Shown here in pieces: positions 53,464-62,800 of a stretch of DNA of 64,000 bases; position 1 is the first letter of the stretch, and each line of letters opens with the position of its first letter. Both the position numbers and the translations under genes were made by a program. The notes under the pieces are model-generated. The model was not told the origin of the DNA and ran no database searches. It worked only from the letters and a program-made list of their open reading frames with translations. The stretch is from an uncultured Flavobacteriales bacterium (lineage in GTDB: Bacteria > Bacteroidota > Bacteroidia > Flavobacteriales_D > CAJJDF01), in contig CAKZNB010000049.1 in NCBI GenBank assembly GCA_937129365.1, positions 133,498-197,497 of the forward strand, in the 5' to 3' direction.

Positions 53464-54804
53464 ATGAATAAATTTCTTTTAATCGCCCTTTCTTTTTTAT
53501 CCTCAACTATAATTTTTTCTCAAAAAGAGGATAACTTAATTGATGGAACTATCGGAGTTATAGGTAATAAAGTGATTCTTCATTCCGAAATTGAATCACA
53601 ATTAGTACAGGCAAAGCAAGAAGGATATGATTTAGGTGCTGACGCAAGATGCTTGGTGTATGAGCAAGTTATGTTTCAATCTTTATTGATGTACCAGGCT
53701 GATGTAGATAGTATTGAAATTTCTGCTGAGCAAGTGAATGGAGAATTGAATAACAGAATTAGATATTTTGAAAACCAAATTGGTGGAAGAAAAAAGCTAG
53801 AAGAATTTTACGGAAAATCAATAGAAGAAATAAAGGCAGAATTTTATACTACGATTGAAGACAGAATGAAAGCTGAGCAAATGCGAGGAAAAATTACTTC
53901 TGGAATTAATATTACTCCTTCAGAAGTAAAAAAATATTACAATAGCCTAAATCCTGACAGTATTCCTTTGGTAGGTTCAAAAGTTGAAGTGGCACACATT
54001 ACAATAGCACCAAAGGTTTCTGAATCTGAAAAAGCAGCTACAAAAGCTAAATTAGAAAAATGGAGAACTGAAATTTTGAGTGGAGAGAGAACTTTCTCAA
54101 CTACTGCAGTATTATATTCAAACGACCCGGGAAGTAGAGGAGATGGTGGTGAATTTGATTGGGTAACAAGAGGAACTTTTGTTCCAGAATTTGATAGAAT
54201 TGCTTTTAGTATCAAGGAAGGAGAGGTTTCTCAGGTATTTGAAACTGAATACGGGTTTCATATTTTAGAATTATTTGAAAGAAGAGGGGACCAATATAGA
54301 GGAAGGCATATTTTATTGATTCCAAAAATAAATGAAAGTGAGGTTTACAAAGCAAAATTAAAATTAGATAGTATCTCCAATCTAATCAAAACAGGAGTTT
54401 ATACCTTTGAAGAAGCTGCGAAAAAGTTCTCTGACGATAAAGAAACAAGATACAATGGAGGATTGATTTACAACCAACAAGGAGGTTCGTCATTATTTGA
54501 AATGAATGAATTGGATAAGCAAATTTTCTTAATTATTGATGATTTGAAAGAAGGGGAATACTCAAGTCCAACATTATCTCAATCTAGAGAAGGTAAATTT
54601 TATCAAATTGTGAAGCTTAAAACCATCACTAAACCTCACAAAGCAAATCTTAAAGAGGATTATCAATTGATATTGCAAAGTGCTACTAATGATGCAAGAT
54701 CTGAGGCTGTAAAAGAATGGATTAAAGATAAATCTAAATCAACTTACATCAAATTACACCCAGATTATATGGGTTGTGAATTTGTTCAGGATTGGATAAA
54801 ATAA
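53464..54804 (+). CDS. SurA-like periplasmic chaperone / PpiC-type peptidyl-prolyl isomerase
   Basis: 446 aa. Signal peptide, SurA_N-like region, parvulin domain (FSNDPGSRGDGGEFDWVTRG..YGFHILE). Confidence 0.88.
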   Translation: MNKFLLIALSFLSSTIIFSQKEDNLIDGTIGVIGNKVILHSEIESQLVQAKQEGYDLGADARCLVYEQVMFQSLLMYQADVDSIEISAEQVNGELNNRIRYFENQIGGRKKLEEFYGKSIEEIKAEFYTTIEDRMKAEQMRGKITSGINITPSEVKKYYNSLNPDSIPLVGSKVEVAHITIAPKVSESEKAATKAKLEKWRTEILSGERTFSTTAVLYSNDPGSRGDGGEFDWVTRGTFVPEFDRIAFSIKEGEVSQVFETEYGFHILELFERRGDQYRGRHILLIPKINESEVYKAKLKLDSISNLIKTGVYTFEEAAKKFSDDKETRYNGGLIYNQQGGSSLFEMNELDKQIFLIIDDLKEGEYSSPTLSQSREGKFYQIVKLKTITKPHKANLKEDYQLILQSATNDARSEAVKEWIKDKSKSTYIKLHPDYMGCEFVQDWIK

Positions 54805-54882
54805 AGAACAAAGTTTTTTTATTGGAACAAACCCAATTCTTTTTCTATTTTTACGTTCAAACTTTTCAAGAACAAGTAAACT

Positions 54883-55848
54883 ATGACTCAATTTAATTCC
54901 GATGCCGAAGCTATTGACCATTTGGTGGTTAAATATGGCGAACTTAACAAAGAGATTAGCAAAGTAATTATTGGTCAGGATGATGTAATTGAAAAAGTAC
55001 TAATCGCCATTTTGAGTAACGGGCACAGTTTGTTAGTTGGAGTTCCTGGATTGGCTAAAACTTTATTAGTAAACACTATATCTGAAGTATTGGGATTAAG
55101 CTTCAATCGTATCCAATTTACTCCAGATTTAATGCCTTCGGATATTGTAGGGTCTGAAATTTTGGATGAATCTCGAAATTTTAAGTTTGTAAAAGGACCA
55201 CTTTTTGCCAACATTATTTTGGCAGATGAGATTAACAGAACACCTCCAAAAACACAATCTGCATTACTTGAAGCCATGCAAGAAAGAGCTGTAACAGCAG
55301 CTGGTGCAACTTACAAATTGGATAAACCATTTTTTGTGTTGGCAACTCAAAACCCAATAGAACAAGAAGGAACTTACCCACTACCAGAAGCTCAGCTGGA
55401 TAGATTTATGTTTAATATTTGGGTAGACTACCCAACTTACGAAGAGGAATTATCGATTGTAAAAGCTACTACAGCAAACCACACAGTTCAGCTAAATAAT
55501 GTGTTGACTGGAGAAGAAATTTTGTTTTATCAAAACCTAATCAGTAAAATTCCTGTGGCTGACAATGTAATGGAATACGCAGTGAAATTAGCTTCTAAAA
55601 CCAGACCAAATACAGGTCATTCAACAGAAATGGTGAATAAATATTTATCTTGGGGAGCTGGGCCAAGAGCTTCACAATATTTAATAATTGGAGCCAAAAC
55701 TCATGCAGCAATCAAAGGGAAATACTCCCCAGATATTGAGGATGTGCAGGTAGTTGCGGAATCAATTCTTAGACACAGAATTGTAAGGAATTACATTGCT
55801 GAGGCTGAAGGATATTCAATTGAAAGGATTATTAAAGAATTGTTATAA
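54883..55848 (+). CDS. MoxR-family AAA+ ATPase
   Basis: 321 aa. GVPGLAKT Walker A, ILADEINR Walker B, MoxR-typical C-terminal lid. Confidence 0.92.
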   Translation: MTQFNSDAEAIDHLVVKYGELNKEISKVIIGQDDVIEKVLIAILSNGHSLLVGVPGLAKTLLVNTISEVLGLSFNRIQFTPDLMPSDIVGSEILDESRNFKFVKGPLFANIILADEINRTPPKTQSALLEAMQERAVTAAGATYKLDKPFFVLATQNPIEQEGTYPLPEAQLDRFMFNIWVDYPTYEEELSIVKATTANHTVQLNNVLTGEEILFYQNLISKIPVADNVMEYAVKLASKTRPNTGHSTEMVNKYLSWGAGPRASQYLIIGAKTHAAIKGKYSPDIEDVQVVAESILRHRIVRNYIAEAEGYSIERIIKELL

Positions 55849-55940
55849 TCCCTTAATTCAAAAACTATTCTTGATATAGAACCTTACAAAGAGCAACTTA
55901 CCTTCGTTATTTATCGTATATTTAGCATACAATAAACTCA

Positions 55941-58900
55941 ATGAAGCAGTTACTATTTTTTTTATTCCTTTCTCTTTCCATTTTGGGATTTTCTCAAAAC
56001 AATAAAGTCTATAATTTTATCGAAAATAATGGACAGTGGAATAAGAATGTTCAGTATAAAGCAGAATTAAACGGAGGTTATTTATATTTAGAAAACAACC
56101 AATTGACCTATGATTTTTATGATGAAGATGGGTTGGAAAAATACTTTCATGCTCATCATCACAAAGAACCTAGAAAAGAATTGGATAGGCTTGATTGTCA
56201 TTCTTATAAAGTAGAATTTATTGGGGGTAATTCAACTCAAATAATTCCAAGAAAAAAGCAAAAAACTTATTACAACTATTTTTTAGGTTCCGATAAAACC
56301 AAATGGGCGAGTAGAGTTGGTAGTTATGAAGTGATTAATTATCAGAATATGTATAACCAGATTGATTTGGTGTTTTATTCCGCTTCAAAATCCCTCAAGT
56401 ATGATTTTAATGTAAAACCTCAAGGAAATCCTTCACAGATTAAATTTAAGTATAAAGGAGTTAATTCTATTGACTTGTCAAAGGGAAGGTTGATTATCAA
56501 AACCTCTGTAAATAAAGTAATTGAAGATAAACCGTATGCTTACCAAACCATAAATGGAGTGATAACTAAAGTGGAATGTAACTATACGTTGAAGAATGGT
56601 GTGGTAGGCTTTGAATTTCCAAACGGCTACAACAAAAATCTTGATTTAGTAATTGACCCAACTTTAATATTTTCTACTTTCTCAGGTTCAACTTCAAATA
56701 ACTTTGGATACACAGCAACTTTCGATAGAGATGGATTTTTGTATTCTGGGTCCACAGCTTTTGGCGGTACTTATCCTACAACCACAGGAGCTTATGATAG
56801 ATCATTTAATGGAGGAATTGTAGATGTGGCGATTTCAAAATATGACACTACTGGAATGACGATGGTTTATTCCACTTTTGTAGGTGGTTCAAGTGATGAA
56901 TTGCCTCATAGTATGATTACTAATTCCAACGATGAATTGTTTGTTTACGGGACCACTAGTTCTCTTGACTTTCCATACACGACTGGGTGTTATGATTCAA
57001 TTTTTAACGGAGGAACAGCTCTTAATTTAACTTCAGGATTGGGGGTTAACTTTATTAATGGTTCAGATATTTTTGTTATTCGTTTAAGTCAGCCTGGCGA
57101 TAGTTTAATGGGAGGAACTTTGGTAGGAGGAAGTGGAAATGATGGCTTAAACTCTTCATCTACAAACGATTTACGATATAACTATGCAGATGAAGTTCGA
57201 GGAGAAATCGAAATTGATAAGAACAACAATATTTATGTAGTTTCTTGCACTCGATCTTTGAATTTTCCAGTTTCTGGTTCAGCATTTCAGCGAATGCATG
57301 GAGGTTCTGATTTGGATGGAGTGGTTTTCAAGATGGATAATAAACTAACTACCATGATTTGGTCTTCCTATTTAGGAGGAAATGGAGATGATGCAGCTTA
57401 TTCGCTTGCTCTTGATAAAAATGACAATGCGTATGTGGCTGGAGGGACCAATTCGAGTGATTTTATAAAATCACCAGATGCAATTGATACCACCTACAAC
57501 GGTGTAAGGTGTGATGGTTTTATTACCAAAATAAATACAACGGGCTCTGTTGTTCTTCGGTCAACTTATTACGGTACAGATTTATATGATCAAATTTATT
57601 TTATAGAATTAGATAGGAAAGACAGTGTGTATGTATTTGGTCAAACCGATAAAATGGATTCTTCTTTTATAAAAAATGCTGCTTACTTTACTTTTAATAG
57701 CGGACAATTTATTACCAAAATGTCTTCAGATTTAGACACAATCGAGTGGTCAACGGTGTTTGGTTCTGGAGGTGGAGGACCTAATATTTCGCCCACAGCT
57801 TTTTTGGTGGATGTATGTAATAAAATCTATTTATCAGGTTGGGGAGGAACTACCAATCAATTTGGAACTACTAACAATGCTATTGCAACAACTGGTATGG
57901 ATACTACAGCAGGAGCTTTTCAAACAACTACTGATGGAAGTGATTTTTATCTTATGGTTCTTGAAAGTGATGCCTCTAATATTGTATATGGTTCTTATTT
58001 TGGAGGAAATGTAAGTGCAGAACATGTAGATGGCGGAACGAGTAGATTTGATAGAAATGGTAGAATGTATCAATCAGTATGTGCAGGATGTGGATTTAAT
58101 TCTGATTTTCCTATAAAACCTTCTCCCGGAGCAGTTTCAGCAACTAATGGGAGTAGCTGTAATAATGGAGTTTTTAAATTTGATTTCAACCTACCGATTA
58201 CTCTTGCCGATTTTGATGTGACTCCTTTTTTATGCAAAGGAGACACTACTTTTATTATTAATAGAAGTGTAAGAGGTACCTCTTTTCTTTGGAATTTTGG
58301 AGATGGAAATTTTTCTACTGCTGTCACCCCGTTTCATGTATATACCAATGCGGGAACCTACACTATAACTTTGGCAGTAGCTGATACAACTGCTTGTAAT
58401 TTTTCTGATACCATACGAAAGCAAGTAACAATTTTATCAGATTCTTCTTGGACATTGACTAATGATACGATTTGTGATAGTAGTTTCAAACAAATTGGGT
58501 TTCTTCCCTCATCAGATCCTTTAATTACTTATATTTGGTCACCCTCAACTGGATTAAGTGATACAACTATTTCAAATCCTGTTGCTTCGCCTGCCAACAC
58601 TACAACCTACACGTTGTTAGTTTCAAATGGAATTTGTACTGATACTCTTCAACTAACTGTTGTTGTGACCAAACTGAGGTTGTATGTTCCAACTGATACT
58701 ACACTTTGTGTTGCAGGAACTCCTATCAGTATAACAGCCAATGCTTTTGGTAGTACAAATTATTTTCAATGGTCATCTAATCCAAATTTTACTGACACTA
58801 TTAACAGTACAATTTTGAATCCAACACTAACTGTTTCACCAACTTCTTCTCAAGTGTATTATATTAGAATAGGTAACAATGGTTGCTATTTAGAAGATAG

Positions 58901-59687
58901 TGTAAGGGTTTCGGTGTTTGCTACTTCATTAACTATTCTTGGTCCTACGGGAATTTGTTTGGGAGATACTATTGTTTTATCTGTGGTAAATTCTACTGGC
59001 GATACTTTGACTTACGATTGGAACCCAAATCCCGAAATTATTTCAGGAGATTTTACTGATTCTATCCTTACGAGTCCCAATGCTACAACAGTTTATTCAG
59101 TTACAGCAACAAATTCTCAAGGATGCGTTGTTACGCTTACTCATAGAGTGTATGTGTCACCATTACCCACATTACCAATATTTGCTAATGCTGATAAAGA
59201 CACCATTTTTGCTGGAGAAACAGTCCAATTAAGTGTACTTCCAAATGGCTTTTCATATTTATGGTCTCCAGGAGGGACTTTAAGTAGTACAACTGCCCAA
59301 AACCCTACCGCAAATCCTACAAGCACAACAACTTACGGAGTTAGAGTAAGCGATAGCGGGTGTGTTAGAACTTCTGATGTAACTATTGTTGTGATTGATG
59401 TAATTTGCGGACCTCCAGATTTATATGTGCCAAATGCATTTACTCCAAATGGAGATGGTGATAATGATGTGCTTTATGTTCGTGGAAATAACATTACAGA
59501 TATGACTTTGAGAATATATCACCGTTGGGGAGAAAAAGTGTTTGAATCTACTAATCAATCCAAAGGTTGGGATGGAACTTACAAAGGCAAAGAATGTGAC
59601 CCAGCAGTATTTGTGTATTACCTTGATGTTACTTGTAGAGGTGGTGAAACCTATCAAGAGAAAGGAAATATTACTTTGATTAGATAG
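55941..59687 (+). CDS. Giant T9SS substrate: SBBP beta-propeller repeats, PKD domain, Ig-like repeats, C-terminal type-B (CHU_C/gliding-motility-associated) sorting domain
   Basis: 1248 aa. Signal peptide, repeated ..FGG..D.A..I..D..GN.Y..G.T.S.DFP.. units, PKD (FLWNFGDGNFS). C-terminus LYVPNAFTPNGDGDNDVLYV...GWDGTYKGK...VYYL. Confidence 0.88.
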   Translation: MKQLLFFLFLSLSILGFSQNNKVYNFIENNGQWNKNVQYKAELNGGYLYLENNQLTYDFYDEDGLEKYFHAHHHKEPRKELDRLDCHSYKVEFIGGNSTQIIPRKKQKTYYNYFLGSDKTKWASRVGSYEVINYQNMYNQIDLVFYSASKSLKYDFNVKPQGNPSQIKFKYKGVNSIDLSKGRLIIKTSVNKVIEDKPYAYQTINGVITKVECNYTLKNGVVGFEFPNGYNKNLDLVIDPTLIFSTFSGSTSNNFGYTATFDRDGFLYSGSTAFGGTYPTTTGAYDRSFNGGIVDVAISKYDTTGMTMVYSTFVGGSSDELPHSMITNSNDELFVYGTTSSLDFPYTTGCYDSIFNGGTALNLTSGLGVNFINGSDIFVIRLSQPGDSLMGGTLVGGSGNDGLNSSSTNDLRYNYADEVRGEIEIDKNNNIYVVSCTRSLNFPVSGSAFQRMHGGSDLDGVVFKMDNKLTTMIWSSYLGGNGDDAAYSLALDKNDNAYVAGGTNSSDFIKSPDAIDTTYNGVRCDGFITKINTTGSVVLRSTYYGTDLYDQIYFIELDRKDSVYVFGQTDKMDSSFIKNAAYFTFNSGQFITKMSSDLDTIEWSTVFGSGGGGPNISPTAFLVDVCNKIYLSGWGGTTNQFGTTNNAIATTGMDTTAGAFQTTTDGSDFYLMVLESDASNIVYGSYFGGNVSAEHVDGGTSRFDRNGRMYQSVCAGCGFNSDFPIKPSPGAVSATNGSSCNNGVFKFDFNLPITLADFDVTPFLCKGDTTFIINRSVRGTSFLWNFGDGNFSTAVTPFHVYTNAGTYTITLAVADTTACNFSDTIRKQVTILSDSSWTLTNDTICDSSFKQIGFLPSSDPLITYIWSPSTGLSDTTISNPVASPANTTTYTLLVSNGICTDTLQLTVVVTKLRLYVPTDTTLCVAGTPISITANAFGSTNYFQWSSNPNFTDTINSTILNPTLTVSPTSSQVYYIRIGNNGCYLEDSVRVSVFATSLTILGPTGICLGDTIVLSVVNSTGDTLTYDWNPNPEIISGDFTDSILTSPNATTVYSVTATNSQGCVVTLTHRVYVSPLPTLPIFANADKDTIFAGETVQLSVLPNGFSYLWSPGGTLSSTTAQNPTANPTSTTTYGVRVSDSGCVRTSDVTIVVIDVICGPPDLYVPNAFTPNGDGDNDVLYVRGNNITDMTLRIYHRWGEKVFESTNQSKGWDGTYKGKECDPAVFVYYLDVTCRGGETYQEKGNITLIR

Positions 59688-59824
59688 CTAAATCATCCTT
59701 TTGGGTGATATATTGAATAGCTTTTTTATAATAACTTTGAGTTTATTAAATATAGTTAATTGGCAACCATAAGTAATTGACAATGGTTATATTTACAACT
59801 TACAACAACAGTTTTTAATTTCCA

Positions 59825-62800
59825 TTGAAAAAAACTATTAAGCATATAATTTTTCTGTTATTTGGAATTCTTTTGTTTTTTAATAACAATAGTTTTTCAA
59901 CCCATTTAATGGGTTCAACACTTTCTTATTCATGTATTGGGCCAAATCAATACACTGTAACTTTTAAAGCTTATAGAGATTGTGGAGGAATAGCAATGCC
60001 GTCTTCATTTTTAATCTCATACAGTGGTTGCGGAAACACTGGTAGTTTAACTGCAACACAAATAAGTAGTGCTGATATTACACCAGTTTGCCCAAGCAAA
60101 TCTAGTAATTGTGGCGGAGGAACTGGACCAATAGGAGTAGAAGAATACATTTTTCAAGGAACAGTAACTGTTCCTGCTGGTTGTTCAAATATTTTATTTT
60201 CTGTTTCATCTTGTTGCCGAAATGGAAGTGTCACAAATATTACAAGTCCAAGTACAAATGGGTTTTACACAAGCTCATTACTTAACAACACTATTAGTCC
60301 TTGCAATAGTTCTCCAATATTTGCCTCAGCACCAACACTTTTTGCCTGTGTTAATCAACCAGTTTCTTTTCAACAATTAGCAACCGACCCTGATGGAGAT
60401 GTTTTGGTATATTCTCTGACCAACTGTAGGCAAACTACAGGAACTAGTGTAACTTATGGGGGCGGTTTTAGTGGAGCCTCTCCATTAACAACTCCTGTAA
60501 CTATAAATCCAAGTACAGGAGATTTATCTTTCACACCTAATTCGATTCAAATCGCAACAGTTTGTGTACTTGTAGAAGAATTTAGAGGTGCGGTTAAAAT
60601 AGGAGAAATAGTCCGAGATATGCAGATTGTAGTTCGAAACTGTTTCAACGCTTTACCTTCACTATCTGGAATAAATGGTGCATCTGGTGTCTATAGTACC
60701 AATATTTGTGAAGGAGCGCCACTTTGTTTTAATGTAAATGCTTCAGATACTAATTCTGCAGATAATCTAACAATGACTTTTTCTGGAATTATACCTGGGT
60801 CAACATTTACGCAATCTGGAACTGGTAATAATAAAACAGGAACTTTTTGTTGGACTCCACCAATAGGTTCTGTTGGTTCATATGTGTTTTCTGTTTTAGT
60901 TAATGATGATGCTTGTCCTATCATTGGGCAAAACTCAAAAACTTATACAGTTAATGTAGTTGCAAATTCCAATCCACCTATTGTTGCTAGTTCTGATGTA
61001 ACATTATGCGAAGGTAATTCTACAACACTTACAGCCACAAATGTAGCTCCAACAATAACCTGGTCGCCCTCATTGGGGCTCTCAACAACATCTGGAACTT
61101 CAACAACTGCAACTCCACTTTCAACTACAACTTATACAGCAACTGCAATTTATGCCGATGGTTGTCGATCCTCGGATGATGTAGTTTTAACTATTAATCA
61201 GGCTCCTACCACATTAATTACTCCCACATCTGCTAATGTCTGCCCAGGAGGTAATTTTACATTAACAGGCACAACAAATAGTACTGGAATGAGTTTCAGC
61301 TGGACTAGGTTAAACCCTTTTGCTATAGGGTTAGGGAGTGGAACAGTTTCTGGAACTTCTTCTACAATAGTTGTAACTGTCCCAACTACTCCTGGCACAT
61401 ATAATTTTAGATTAAGAGTCACAAATCCTATCTCAGGCTGTGTTTCTGAAGTTACCGTTCCACTAACAGTAGGTTCCGCTCCTCCATTAGGTAGTTGTGT
61501 CAATATATATGTTTCTCCTTCAGGATCATCTTCAGCAGCTGGTTCACAAGCAAACCCCACAAATTTGCCTGAAGCTCTTACTAGGAGTGCTTGTCAAAAT
61601 GCAGTTATAAAAATGGCTATGGGAACTTATAATTTCAGTAACCCTATCAATATTCCAAGCTTTGTAACTATTGAAGGAGGATTTAATCCTACTACTTGGG
61701 TAAAAACGAGTCAAGCTGGTGCCACTACAATAAATAGAAATACATTAAACCCTGAAGGAGTAACTAACGCTCGGAGGCTAGTTATGTTTTATGGGAATAG
61801 TGTTTCTGGATTTAGATTTCAAGACATTACAATAACTACCTCTGCTGCAAATCAAAGTGGCATGTCCACTTACGGAGTGCATTTAACATCTTGCTCTAAT
61901 TATGATTTTGTAAGAACGCAAATATTACCAGGAAATGCTTCTGCTGGTCAAGCAGGAGGAACTGGCCCAACAGGTGGATTTTCTGGTGGTACCGGACAAC
62001 ATGGGTCCAACTTCTCTACTTCTACTTCGGCTCAGGTAAATGGTGGAGCAGGAGGAGCTGGATGTAATAGTTCGGGCTCAGGAGGGAATGTATGTACCGC
62101 TCCAGGAATAAACAGGGGTTGTAATGGTTTTTCAGGGGGAGGGTCAGCCCTTTATTGGCGAGGAAGTGGTGGTGGTGGTGGTGGTGGTGGTGGTAACGAA
62201 GATAGAGATGGAGGAAGAGGAGGTTATGGAGGATCAATTGCTGCTGGAGGTGGGTTTGCAGGTAGGTCTCAAAATAATCAACCAGGTCCTGGACCAGGAT
62301 GTAGAAGTTTTGGAAACTGGTTTGGGAATGAAACCGGATGCATAAGTTCTGTATCATCAACTAGCACTGAATCTGGAAGATGTGGTAGAACTGGTATAAA
62401 TGGACAAAATGGGACTATAGGAGTTCTTGGTAGTGTAGGTACTTATGGAGTATTTTATACACCAGGTGGACAAGGTGGACAAGGAGGAAGAGGTCAAGGT
62501 GGTCAAGGCGGGTCAGGAGGAGGAGGAGGTGCAGGAGCTGATGGGTTTTTATGTGCTGATGGTACAGGTGCAGGAGGAGGAGGAGGAGGAGGAGGAGGCT
62601 GTGGAGGATATGGTGGTCTTGGTGGTCGTGGTGGTGGTGGTAGTTTTGGATTGTATTTAGTTTCTAATGGGACAAACGGGATCGTTTCACAAAGTTATAT
62701 TAATGCAGGAACAGCAGGTGCTGGTGGAAATGGAGGAACTGGTAGAATAGGTACAAATGGAGGCCTTGGAGGGAACGGAGGAAATGGAGGTACAAGTGGA

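Noticed and set aside
60691-61560. Minus-strand ORFs 60691..60924 and 61198..61560; also 63637..63858.
   Set aside because: They are antisense to the uninterrupted frame-2 adhesin ORF and have no independent start context or motifs.
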